Positions 1-8,674 of a stretch of 32,000 nt of DNA are shown here, in pieces. Made by a program: the position numbers and the translations under genes. Source of the DNA: Thermoproteus tenax Kra 1 (GTDB lineage Archaea; Thermoproteota; Thermoprotei; Thermoproteales; Thermoproteaceae); assembly GCF_000253055.1 (NCBI RefSeq), contig NC_016070.1, positions 720,001-752,000 of the forward strand. Reading direction: 5' to 3'. The notes beneath the pieces are model-generated. The model was not told the origin of the DNA and searched no databases. It worked only from the letters and a program-made list of their open reading frames with translations. The number at the start of each line of letters is the position of its first letter. Within the stretch, counting starts at the first letter, position 1.

Positions 1-564
1 TACCATAGAGTAGTGGAGGTCTCCCACAGACATAATTACAGGCGCATTGGCCGGTTTGTAGTTGGGCAACTCGCCGAGTATCCAGGACAGCCCTTTCAGC
101 GGACGTTCATCGTTCCACTCCCGCTCGGTGCTCCCTATTTCGATGAACGTAGCGCTGACGATCTCAGTGTTGGGCTCATGATGCGTGGCCTCAAGCGCAC
201 ACTCAAACTCGGGGGGCCGCTCCAGACACAGCTCTCTGAAGAGCCAAGTCTTAAGCTCGGCGTAAGCCACAGAGAGCGAGGGAGGAACGCCGGGTGTATG
301 TGCAGTCAGCATGGGCCGAGGTCTGGCCATCTCGTGCCTGGAGGGGACGACTATATGGCCTATCCCCAAGCTCCTCAACTTCTCTTCGGGCGGCAGCTCG
401 AGGGAGTCTCCATCGTATACTAATATCAATAGCTCTCCTCGTCTCACCACGGAGCAACACGAGCCCAACGGCCTATCCTCAACGCCGAGTATCCTAGCCA
501 CGCCTCTCGCGACGGGATCTCGCGACAACGCTATGGCAATCTCGCCCTCTGGGCCTAAATACAT
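1..564 (-). CDS. dtdA: Archaeal D-aminoacyl-tRNA deacylase (DtdA / COG1650-like), C-terminus off window
   Basis: Manual translation of the minus strand from ATG at 564 is open to the window edge: MYLGPEGEIAIALSRDPVARG...LTAHTPGVPPSLSVAYAELK...FECALEATHHEPNTEIVSATFIEIGSTEREWND. The 'LEATHH(G/E)P...T...FIEIGSTEEEW' signature is typical of archaeal DtdA. It is absent from the ORF track because it has no stop inside the window. Confidence 0.8.
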   Translation of the reverse strand, partial: MYLGPEGEIAIALSRDPVARGVARILGVEDRPLGSCCSVVRRGELLILVYDGDSLELPPEEKLRSLGIGHIVVPSRHEMARPRPMLTAHTPGVPPSLSVAYAELKTWLFRELCLERPPEFECALEATHHEPNTEIVSATFIEIGSTEREWNDERPLKGLSWILGELPNYKPANAPVIMSVGDLHYSMV

Positions 565-660
565 AAGCTCAAGCGCCCGGCTTGTAATACAAGCTCAAAC
601 ATCGGCGCAGTGTAATATCTATGGCTAGGCTCGCCGTCGGAGCACGGCTTACTGCGCCCG

Positions 661-1632
661 TCATGGGACGAGAACTGCCCTGCCTATAACTGAGCCTCGC
701 TCCATGTCTTTATGCGCTCTAATGGCCTCTGTTAGTTTGTACTCCGTATATACAGGCTTTATAAGTTTACGTTTAAGGAGGTCAAGTGCCTCGTATACGT
801 CCCATGGCTTGTACGCCATATGGCCCAGCACGGATATCTGTCTCAAGATTATGAGGGCGGGGCTCAAGCTGGCCCGCTCGCCTGTGACATTGCCAATCAC
901 CACTACAGATCCGCCTCTTTTCGTGAGCCTTATAGAGCTCTCCAAAGTTGGAGAGCCCACTGTGTCGAAGACTACGTCAAAATCCCTCATACCCTCTTGG
1001 AAGATGCCTATGCCCAAGGCGCTGTAAACTCTGGACTTCTCGGGCGATCTGGTAGATATATACACGTCGGCCCCCCTGAGCTTGGCCACCTGTGCCAGAT
1101 ATAGGCCTGTGCCCCCTCCGCCGACTACCAGGACCCTCTTATTCTCAACGTCCACCCTTCTAACGGCGGCTATGGCTGTCGGTATTACGTCGGTAGCCAA
1201 CACGGCCTCGCGCGGGTCCACTCCATGGAACGGAAAGACAAAGTTGGCCGGCATCAGAACATACTCGGCATACGTGCCGTCCCTATGTTCGCCCAGATAC
1301 TGCGCGTTTCTGCAGAGGTTCTCCATACCTCTTCTGCAGTACTCACAAACTCCATCGTAAAGGGCCGGCGCAAGGAATACCCGCTGGCCCACGAGGTCTT
1401 CGTGCTCGTTGGAGCCAGCCTCGACTATTTTTCCCACGCCCTCGTGCCCCAACGTGACAGGCGGTTTAACGTGTGGAAACGCGCCCTTTCTGACCACAAT
1501 ATCCCTCCCGCAGACGCCCGCCGCCTCTATCTTCACTAAGACCTCCCCAGGGCTTGGCCTTGGATCCTCTATATCCAAAACGGCGAGAGATCCGTCGGCC
1601 TCTCCAAACTTTAGCAATCTAACGGCCTTCAC
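661..1632 (-). CDS. Zinc-dependent alcohol dehydrogenase family (MDR)
   Basis: 323 aa; GEVLVKIEAAGVCGRDIVV, GHEGVGKIVEAG, structural-Zn motif CEYCRRGMENLC, Rossmann VLVVGGGGTGLYLAQVAKLRG. Confidence 0.85.
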   Translation of the reverse strand: MKAVRLLKFGEADGSLAVLDIEDPRPSPGEVLVKIEAAGVCGRDIVVRKGAFPHVKPPVTLGHEGVGKIVEAGSNEHEDLVGQRVFLAPALYDGVCEYCRRGMENLCRNAQYLGEHRDGTYAEYVLMPANFVFPFHGVDPREAVLATDVIPTAIAAVRRVDVENKRVLVVGGGGTGLYLAQVAKLRGADVYISTRSPEKSRVYSALGIGIFQEGMRDFDVVFDTVGSPTLESSIRLTKRGGSVVVIGNVTGERASLSPALIILRQISVLGHMAYKPWDVYEALDLLKRKLIKPVYTEYKLTEAIRAHKDMERGSVIGRAVLVP

Positions 1633-1659
1633 AGTTCTGGCAATAAATGTAATTTAAAG

Positions 1660-2592
1660 TTAACAGACACATGCGCGTTCGGCCTTTATCTTTGCCAACG
1701 CATCTGAGAGTTTGATTCCTTTAGAGAGGAGTATCTCCAGATCGTACTCGGTGGTAAACCCAAGCTCCCTCAGCCCTTTGGAGGCTGTGAATAGATCCCA
1801 ATTGTTTGCGTAGATCAAACGTGCCATCTTGTTAAGTCTGAGCAACGCCTCGGGCTTAAATCTGAGGGCTACCGGCGTGAACATGTCTATATAGGCCAGC
1901 GCGGCGCCGCCTCTCATTTCAACTGTGCCGTAAAAGCCCTTAAGAGCTCTAAGTACGTTCTTGGAGGCCTCCGTTATACAGCTCTCCGTCAGTTTTTCCA
2001 ACAACGGGATATCCGATGGATCTAGCGCGTAGTAGCCGAGGAAGCCCCCCTCCTGGGCCACGCGCGCTGCCCGCTCCAGAAGATAGCCCCTGTCAAGCTC
2101 ACCGTCGGCGCCCAGCCCTATTACGGCCACATCAACCTCCGCGCCCAGATCCTCGGCCATCTTCAAGACGGCGAGAGAGAACGAGTCTGCTAGCGGTGAT
2201 CTGAGATCCCTCTCGCAGCCGCAGGCCAGTATGTCGCCACCGACATCCACCCCCGTTATTTTCTTGAACCTGGACGTCAGAGCCCTGGCTATTTCGTCGG
2301 GCCTTGCGTCGGGCGAAACAGCGTATACTTCTCTATTCAATACTGCGGAGACGCAGGCCCCTTGGGGTACTGTCTCACGGCCGCCCCTTAAGGCGCGCGA
2401 GCCGGCCTTTATTATAAACAGTGCTCCATCGCCTTCAACGCCAATGAAGTCGGACCTAGTCAAAGGTCCCGGGACAGGGTCTACCACGAAGCGCTCCCAT
2501 GGGAGGAGGCCCACCGAGCCTCCAAGCTTCTGCGCCAGGACAGACGCCGTTATTACATCGCCACCGCCCCCGGCTGCGAAGACGAGCCTCAT
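1660..2592 (-). CDS. DUF1152 family protein
   Basis: 310 aa; N-terminus MRLVFAAGGGGDVITASVLAQKLGG and VDVGGDILACG...SPLADS...VAVIGLGADGEL resemble archaeal DUF1152. The start overlaps the upstream M20 gene end by 4 nt. Confidence 0.7.
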   Translation of the reverse strand: MRLVFAAGGGGDVITASVLAQKLGGSVGLLPWERFVVDPVPGPLTRSDFIGVEGDGALFIIKAGSRALRGGRETVPQGACVSAVLNREVYAVSPDARPDEIARALTSRFKKITGVDVGGDILACGCERDLRSPLADSFSLAVLKMAEDLGAEVDVAVIGLGADGELDRGYLLERAARVAQEGGFLGYYALDPSDIPLLEKLTESCITEASKNVLRALKGFYGTVEMRGGAALAYIDMFTPVALRFKPEALLRLNKMARLIYANNWDLFTASKGLRELGFTTEYDLEILLSKGIKLSDALAKIKAERACVC

Positions 2593-3782
2593 TTGAGATT
2601 CCTCAAAAGCTCGACATAGGCCCTCGCCACGTCTATTATCTGTGACACCTCTACATATTCGTCGGGCGCATGTGCCACATACTCGGGGCCCGGCCCGTAG
2701 GTCACAGTGGGTATCCCTCGCCTAATGAAGAACCTTGCATCAAGTCCCCCTATACACACGGTCTTGCGCGGGGCCGCACCGCGCACTTTAGACACAGCCG
2801 ACTCTAGGCTCCTCACTAGGGGATGATCGGGAGCTATCACCGCGGCCTCCGACTTATTGATCACTTTGACCTCCACTCTGTGTTCTAACCCCTCGGCGGC
2901 TCTTCTTATAAACTCCTCCATCTCCCTTCTGACCTCCTCCACGTCCTCCTCAGGTATTATACGCCTATCGAGAGTGAAGGCGAAATATCCGGGTACTACG
3001 TTGGCCTTGACGGAGCCTTTGACCTCGCCGCCCATCGTCAAGGTGGGGCTGGCTCCGCGGGGATCCTCGAACTCATACCGGCTCCTCTTTGTCGCAAGAG
3101 TCGGCATATATTCGGTTAAGATCTTGTTGGCGATCTTGACAGCGCCCTCAAAGGCGTTCAAGCCTAACCAAGGCGTGGATCCATGTACTTGCTTACCGTA
3201 GACCTCGACTAAGAACCATATGAGTCCTCTGTGGCCTATCCATATGTTGTCAACGCCAGAGCCCTCGGCTATGATGGCCCAGGGGGCCTTGACCTTCCCG
3301 CTGTCGGCCAAGTAGCCTGCGCCGGATTCTCCCCCTATCTCCTCATCAGGGACTAGCGACACCTCAAAGTTCTTAAGGCCCTCTCGTACTGCCAGCTCGG
3401 CGGCAAGGAAGATCGAGGTGAGCCCGCCCTTCATATCCACTGCGCCGCGGCCGTAAACTCTTCCATTGATGTAACGCGGCTCGAAGGGCCTCGTGACTAG
3501 CCACGAGCCCTCGGGCCCTGGAGGAACCACGTCGTAGTGTCCGTTGAAGTGCACTCTGGGCTCCCCAATCCTCGCCAGAAGTATATAGCGCGGATGATCG
3601 GAACACTCTGGACAGACCTTTGACACAAGGCTCTTGGGAACTTCGACAACCTCCGTGTCTAGGCCCAGCCTTTTGAAGAAGTCCTCTGCGTAGTCCACAA
3701 AGTCCCGGTAGTGTTCGCCGGGAGGATTGATAGTTGGGATTCTTATCATCTGGGACAGGATCTCGACGGCCCTCGACTCCAT
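2589..3782 (-). CDS. M20 family metallopeptidase (ArgE/DapE/CPG2-like)
   Basis: 397 aa; HFNGHYDVVPPG, GRGAVDMKGGLTSIFLA, DEEIGGESG, TVCIGGLDARFF. Confidence 0.85.
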   Translation of the reverse strand: MESRAVEILSQMIRIPTINPPGEHYRDFVDYAEDFFKRLGLDTEVVEVPKSLVSKVCPECSDHPRYILLARIGEPRVHFNGHYDVVPPGPEGSWLVTRPFEPRYINGRVYGRGAVDMKGGLTSIFLAAELAVREGLKNFEVSLVPDEEIGGESGAGYLADSGKVKAPWAIIAEGSGVDNIWIGHRGLIWFLVEVYGKQVHGSTPWLGLNAFEGAVKIANKILTEYMPTLATKRSRYEFEDPRGASPTLTMGGEVKGSVKANVVPGYFAFTLDRRIIPEEDVEEVRREMEEFIRRAAEGLEHRVEVKVINKSEAAVIAPDHPLVRSLESAVSKVRGAAPRKTVCIGGLDARFFIRRGIPTVTYGPGPEYVAHAPDEYVEVSQIIDVARAYVELLRNLK

Positions 3783-3864
3783 GATACCGATGATTCTCAG
3801 AAATATATGTTGCTCCCCTTACGGCGTCTGCCCTGGGGCTTACCTGAAGCCGGCTCGAGAGCGG

Positions 3865-5013
3865 TCAGGGAGCGCGCGGCTGAGGCGGACGGCAATACGG
3901 CTTTATGTACTTGAACACATCGCTGAGCCTCGGCCTCTCCTTATACAGCACCACATAATGCGGCAGCGAGCGCCACGTTGACAGCGCTAGCCTCTCGTCG
4001 ACTAATACCAAGAACGGAACTTTCGCCGAAGATAGCTTCTCGTATTTGCGCGCCAGATACTCGGGGGTCCAGAAGCCGACAATCTCCACGTACAAGTCGC
4101 CTATCTTGAAGTCTGGTATAAAGAGTCTCCCCTCTATCACTAAGGCCTCCGGCTCTCTCTCGATGCGGCACATAGGGGATATTCTCGCATAGAACTCTTG
4201 CTCCGCTGAGCTGTCAAAGGAGACGGGCTCTATATCTCTCCTCGATAAAGGCGGCGCAGTTGATTTAGAGTCAACGAATTTATACGTCCGACCTCTGAGC
4301 GCTATCTCCGCCTCAATACGCCAGTCATCCGCCGAGATTACATAGGGCACGAGCTTGGCGAACCTAGTCCCGTATCTCTCCGTCTGTCTGAGCACTGTGG
4401 CGGGCCCCTCGGCATCTATCCAGATGCCCTCTCCGGCTCGCCTGGCTATGTACATCAAGCCCAATCTTTTAACGCCTCTCGCAAGCTCTTTAACCGTAGA
4501 TCCCGACGCTTTGACGTAAAAACTGGCGCGTATTGATCGGAAGAGCAACGTCTGGATCAACGACGTGTTGTACAATGCGACCAGCTCCTGCGGCGCTATT
4601 GAGGGAGCACTCACTATGGCTAGCTCATCTTCGTGTATTTTCCTCAAGGCGCCCTCAACTTCAGCCTCGCTCAACCTCAGCCTCTCTGCGACAGCCCTTA
4701 TGATCCTCTGTCGTAACGCCTCATCGACCACAGGGTGCGCCTTGGCGGCCTCTCTGAAGGTCTCAAGTCTGACTCTGGTCAACAGCCTCTTGTTTACTTC
4801 CTCGACCGCTATGAACTTCTCGGCTAGATGAGCCAAGCCTCTGGCCAGTTTGGGAGGCAGCCCGCTCTTCTCGACGTTGGCCCTGGCATCACCAAGCTTG
4901 ACGCCGGGTTTGTAGGCCTCTATAATGCGGCTGGCAGGCCATATGTCTAACAAATAGTCTGGCTTTATCTGATCGCCGCGCCTCTTTACGCGCAATAGAT
5001 CGAGAGGTAGCAC
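3865..5013 (-). CDS. DUF790 family nuclease, Bax1-like (archaeal XPB partner)
   Basis: 382 aa; N-terminal MLPLDLLRVKRRGDQIKPDYL; C-terminal SSAEQEFYARI...FIPDFKIGDLYVEIVGFWTPEYLARKYEKL, the characteristic DUF790/Bax1 nuclease core. Confidence 0.75.
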   Translation of the reverse strand: MLPLDLLRVKRRGDQIKPDYLLDIWPASRIIEAYKPGVKLGDARANVEKSGLPPKLARGLAHLAEKFIAVEEVNKRLLTRVRLETFREAAKAHPVVDEALRQRIIRAVAERLRLSEAEVEGALRKIHEDELAIVSAPSIAPQELVALYNTSLIQTLLFRSIRASFYVKASGSTVKELARGVKRLGLMYIARRAGEGIWIDAEGPATVLRQTERYGTRFAKLVPYVISADDWRIEAEIALRGRTYKFVDSKSTAPPLSRRDIEPVSFDSSAEQEFYARISPMCRIEREPEALVIEGRLFIPDFKIGDLYVEIVGFWTPEYLARKYEKLSSAKVPFLVLVDERLALSTWRSLPHYVVLYKERPRLSDVFKYIKPYCRPPQPRAP

Positions 5014-5181
5014 TATATTTCAGGGGTGTCATCTTATATATTGGGCGCCCTTCCAGCTATCGGCTCTGCCGCATCCCACGGCCGCGCATGACCACTTTGG
5101 GCGATCCGGCCCAACCGGCGATTTGCCAACGGAGATGTGCCGCTCGTCGGTCGGGCCGGCTCGTCGAAAACTAGGGGCCAG

Positions 5182-5282
5182 TGGGCCCGCCGGGATTCGA
5201 ACCCGGGATCTCCCGCGCACCTAGGCGTTGTCGGCGCGGGCGCCATGTAAGGCGGGCATCCTAGCCGCTAGACTACGGGCCC
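5182..5282 (-). tRNA. tRNA-Val (TAC) with a 28-nt intron (about 5218-5245) at the canonical 37/38 position
   Basis: Reverse complement: GGGCCCG TA GTCTAGCGGCTAGGAT G CCCGC CTTACA [TGGCGCCCGCGCCGACAACGCCTAGGTG] C GCGGG AGATC CCGGG TTCGAAT CCCGG CGGGCCC A. The spliced form is 73 nt with 7-bp acceptor, CCCGC/GCGGG anticodon stem and T stem all paired. An AT-rich TATA-like element (gattaaaaacatta) lies upstream. Confidence 0.9.
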
Positions 5283-5386
5283 GGCGCTATTTTGGTTAAT
5301 GTTTTTAATCGTTTTCCCCGTACCTGCCCGAGGCCCTTACGCGGCGCTGCCTTTAGTGCTTAAATATCGTCATTGATGAGGACTGC

Positions 5387-6541
5387 GTGGATATATTCCA
5401 GAGATATCGCTCAGAGGTAGCCAGGGCGAGGGATATAATAGCTAGAGGCAAGTTTCTCGCTGTAGTACACGACGGGACGGCTCATGCAGACGACACAATA
5501 GCCGCAGCCTTGTTATATAGTGCGGGAGCCGAGGAGGTCTACAGAGTGAGCCAACAAGATGAAATGCTCGAAATAGTGAGGGGGAGGCGTGCCGTAATCG
5601 CTGATGTGGGCTATAAGTACTACGAAGCCCTCAAGTCGGCCGGCGAGGTGGCCATATTAGACCATCATGCTCCCAATGGAGAGCCCGAGTACGTGGAGTT
5701 GCCCTCTTCCCTAATGCAGACTGTCGAGGCGCTCGGCTTGAGACTTAGGCCTAGGATGCAGATGTTATTTACGGCGGCAGACCTAGTGGATAGATTCGGC
5801 GCACTTTCGGCGAAGAGATGGCTCGGCATCTATGGAGCCTCGCTTAACTTGGCCCTCTCCTCATATTTCGGAGCAGTGACGAAGGGCAAGTATGCCGACT
5901 ATAACTTTCTCTCCCTAGTGGCGGAGGCCGCGTCGTCCGATTTCGACGTCCAAGACATAGCTGAATATTCAAAGTCCTACTCAGCAACTGTCGGCGCGAT
6001 CGATGTAGACCCTGAGAAATACCCTAGAGCTCTGGCTCTTCTCAGACTCATGAAGGAGGCATCGCGGGGGGATACATCGATCTATCTGAGCCCGGAGGCC
6101 TATAAGACAGGCTTCGGGATAGATTTTTCGGCGCACGCCGCGCTGGCAGTGCCTCAACTGAGCGAGTACCTAGCCAAGGGGCTCTCGAGATATTTCAACG
6201 AGAACATAAGGGCCATCAAGACAGCTGAGGAGAGACGGTTTGTTATAATAGAGAAGTCCATTAAGGCGATAGCTGTGGAGGACTCCGTATCGCCCACAGC
6301 TCTATGGAATGCACTATTGGACTTAGGCGTGTTGAGGGAGGAGGAGCCGGCTATAGTCGCCGTCAGAGATCTGAGGAACCCAGGCGCATATTCCCTCTGG
6401 AGACCCGATCGCCACAAGCAGATAGACTTCAGAAAGTTGGCCGGCGATAGGGTCATCTTCAGACACCAGTCTGGTTTCATGGCCGTCGTCAGAGCCGACA
6501 GCGCGGAGGACGCAGTCAAATACGCCCTTATGTATCTGTGA
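5387..6541 (+). CDS. DHH/MYG1-like phosphoesterase family protein
   Basis: 384 aa; FLAVVHDGTAHADDTIAAALL (compare MYG1 'HNGxFHxDD'), AVIADVGYKYYEALKSAGEVAILDHHAPNG. Confidence 0.6.
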   Translation: MDIFQRYRSEVARARDIIARGKFLAVVHDGTAHADDTIAAALLYSAGAEEVYRVSQQDEMLEIVRGRRAVIADVGYKYYEALKSAGEVAILDHHAPNGEPEYVELPSSLMQTVEALGLRLRPRMQMLFTAADLVDRFGALSAKRWLGIYGASLNLALSSYFGAVTKGKYADYNFLSLVAEAASSDFDVQDIAEYSKSYSATVGAIDVDPEKYPRALALLRLMKEASRGDTSIYLSPEAYKTGFGIDFSAHAALAVPQLSEYLAKGLSRYFNENIRAIKTAEERRFVIIEKSIKAIAVEDSVSPTALWNALLDLGVLREEEPAIVAVRDLRNPGAYSLWRPDRHKQIDFRKLAGDRVIFRHQSGFMAVVRADSAEDAVKYALMYL

Positions 6542-6933
6542 CCTTCAAGCCAACTCAAGATTGGGCCGAGAAGCTATGCCGAGAGATAACCGGAAATAAG
6601 AGGGCTCCTCAAGAGCTATCCATAGTGGCCGTCGAGGTGCCAGACGAGTTGGGATACGGCCCCACTATGACTCTGTATTTTAAGTTCGATGAGAGGGGGC
6701 GGTGCATATCGTCGCAAATTATTAGGGGGGAGAGGCCAGCTAAGTATATGCTGTCAGGTAGATACGAGGACCTTATACAGATCTTGGAAGGTCGCCTTTC
6801 CCCATTCGCGGCAGTTCCATTGGGGAAGCTCCATGTGATGAGGGGAAGTTTGGGGGAGCTAGCCGAGTATATGCCTCTGGCCCTGGAGATCGTCGAGGCG
6901 GCCCGACGTATTAGCTCACGACAGCACCAATAG
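6538..6933 (+). CDS. Conserved hypothetical, possibly SCP2/sterol-carrier-like
   Basis: 131 aa, ATGA overlap with the upstream gene (start 6538, upstream end 6541). 'GPTMTLYFKFDERGRCISSQIIRGERPAKYMLSGRYEDLIQILEGRLSPFAAVPLGKLHVMRG' has an SCP2-like layout. The family call is tentative. Confidence 0.55.
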   Translation: MTFKPTQDWAEKLCREITGNKRAPQELSIVAVEVPDELGYGPTMTLYFKFDERGRCISSQIIRGERPAKYMLSGRYEDLIQILEGRLSPFAAVPLGKLHVMRGSLGELAEYMPLALEIVEAARRISSRQHQ

Positions 6934-6955
6934 AGACCACTAAGTTGCCCTGGAC
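6907..6955 (-). pseudogene. Remnant of the 3' end of a pilin-like gene; direct-repeat partner of 10262-10328
   Basis: cgtattagctcacgacagca is identical to 10262-10281; ccaatagagaccactaagttgccctggac matches 10300-10328 at 26/29. Minus-strand reading is ...IVQGNLVVSIGAVVS*, against ...TVQGSLVVSTGAAYPFTAVVS* in the intact gene. Confidence 0.7.
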
Positions 6956-7149
6956 TATAAAGCTCGTTCGTCAGTTTAAGGTGCGACGGCTAAGGCCAAC
7001 TCTCTGGCCACAGTTATTCGCTGATTTGCTCAACAATCTCTAAATATCTCCACGGACTATACCGAGAAATTAGATAAACACGAAGTCCTTAAGGACTAAG
7101 AGGTTCTCATTACTACATTTAATAGTACTTGGATTCTTTAATTATAAAA

Positions 7150-8394
7150 TTAATCAATCCTAAGCCCCAAATATTTTTCAGAAACATATTTTATAACATT
7201 ATAGGTCTTAACCAGGTCATCAATAGCGACATATTCATTGTACGAGTGGGCCAACGTCAAATCACCAGGCCCATAAACCACCGTAGGTATTCCCCTAAGC
7301 CTTAGGTACCTTCCATCAGTCGCTCCAGTTATTATTATTGGCTTAGGCTCGGCCCCTTGCTTAGCTATACCATCTCTAATTAACTGGACAATCATCTCAC
7401 CGGAGCTTGTGTAGTTTGGCTCACTTAGATCAATAACTTCAACTTCAGCTAAGCCACTCAACTCACCCCTTAACTTATCTACCACATTACTCGGCGAGAC
7501 ACCTGGTGGAACTCTCATATCTAATTCAAGCTCAGCATAATCGGGAACCATATTTATTTTCGAGCCACCTTTAATTACGCCTGGGTTAAAGGATACTAGT
7601 CCTACGGTAGCTCTCAAGTCATCTTTGCTGAGCCTTAAACCGGATTTAAGGGCGCCCTCTAGGTAGACCTCAGTAGCATTATCTATCGCTTCAATTAAAT
7701 CTTGAGGATGTTTAATACCTCTGTTAAATTCATCAATGCAAATCCGAGCCCTTTCAATGGCCTTTATGAGCTTGACTATGGCGTTATCCCCAAGTATAGG
7801 CAAGCTACCGTGCGCAGGTTTACCCCTAGTAACAAGCCTAACCTGGCAGAGGCCCTTCTCGCCAATACAGTATTTATCAAAACCAGTTGGCTCAGCTATT
7901 ATGGCTGCATCCCCGATCAGTATGTTATCCTTAACCAAAGCCTCTACACCTGCGTGTCCGCCGACCTCCTCATCGGCTGTGGCTGAGAAAATCAATGTAC
8001 CGGTGCCCTTCTTCTCAACCAGAGGGGCCAACTCGGCGAAGACCATCATTATGACCGCCAATCCGCCTTTCATGTCTGTTGAACCTCTACCGTAGATCTT
8101 GCCTTCCACTATTTTGCCCGAGAAGGGCGGATAGGCCCACTTACTGATATCACCGGGCGGCACCACGTCAGTATGACCGTTTAATATTAGGGTGGGTTTG
8201 CCTGAACCAACCTTAGCAATTAAATTAGGCTTACCCTTAACATACTCATAAATACTGCTTGAGAAACCTTTTGCATTTAACCAATCTTTGATAAAATCTG
8301 TAACATTAGTAACATCCCCGGGAGGGTTAACACTGTTTATCTGAACTAAACGTGAAGTCAATTCGGCTAATTGGTTCTTTAAGTCACTAGACAT
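7150..8394 (-). CDS. M20 family metallopeptidase (ArgE/DapE/ACY1-like)
   Basis: ORF 7150..8439; the preferred start is the internal Met at 8394 (MSSDLKNQLAELTSRLVQINSVNPPGD). Motifs LNGHTDVVPPGD, GRGSTDMKGGLA, DEEVGGHAG, GATDGRYLR. Confidence 0.85.
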   Translation of the reverse strand: MSSDLKNQLAELTSRLVQINSVNPPGDVTNVTDFIKDWLNAKGFSSSIYEYVKGKPNLIAKVGSGKPTLILNGHTDVVPPGDISKWAYPPFSGKIVEGKIYGRGSTDMKGGLAVIMMVFAELAPLVEKKGTGTLIFSATADEEVGGHAGVEALVKDNILIGDAAIIAEPTGFDKYCIGEKGLCQVRLVTRGKPAHGSLPILGDNAIVKLIKAIERARICIDEFNRGIKHPQDLIEAIDNATEVYLEGALKSGLRLSKDDLRATVGLVSFNPGVIKGGSKINMVPDYAELELDMRVPPGVSPSNVVDKLRGELSGLAEVEVIDLSEPNYTSSGEMIVQLIRDGIAKQGAEPKPIIITGATDGRYLRLRGIPTVVYGPGDLTLAHSYNEYVAIDDLVKTYNVIKYVSEKYLGLRID

Positions 8395-8467
8395 GTTATA
8401 TCCTATTAGATCAAAGATATAAGCATTATGGGATAACACTTAAAAAGCCTTCAATATTGATATTTGT

Positions 8468-8674
8468 ATGGATATCAAGAACCTATTGAAAATAATATTG
8501 CTGATAATAGTGCCGTGGATCTTTATAGTCTTCCTGGCACCGCTCTACAATAGGACTTACCCTGAGATTGGCGGGTGGCCGTTTCTATGGTGGTACTTGT
8601 TTGCATGGATTTTCATACAACCAATATTAACATATATAGTATATAAACTCATTGATAAAGACAGCAAATTATGA
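8468..8674 (+). CDS. Small membrane protein, DUF3311-like
   Basis: 68 aa, two predicted TM segments, 'LAPLYNRTYPEIGGWPFLWWYLFAWIFIQP'. It overlaps the symporter start by 4 nt, as is typical for DUF3311-SSS pairs. Confidence 0.75.
   Translation: MDIKNLLKIILLIIVPWIFIVFLAPLYNRTYPEIGGWPFLWWYLFAWIFIQPILTYIVYKLIDKDSKL

Noticed and set aside
13-423. + strand ORF of 136 aa (MEVSHRHNYRR...)
   Set aside because: Antisense to a convincing DtdA reading frame on the minus strand; a shadow ORF.
704-1539. Several + strand ORFs over the alcohol dehydrogenase
   Set aside because: Antisense shadow ORFs with low-complexity composition and no family motifs.
5029-5246. Two ORFs (63 and 70 aa) overlapping the tRNA-Val region
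   Set aside because: They read through a clear tRNA; 'RRSRVRIPAGP' is the usual spurious translation of a T-arm.
7150-8439. Longest start (MLSHNAYIFDLIGYN) for the island M20 peptidase
   Set aside because: The extension lies in an AT-rich promoter-like region and does not look like M20 N-termini; the Met at 8394 is preferred.
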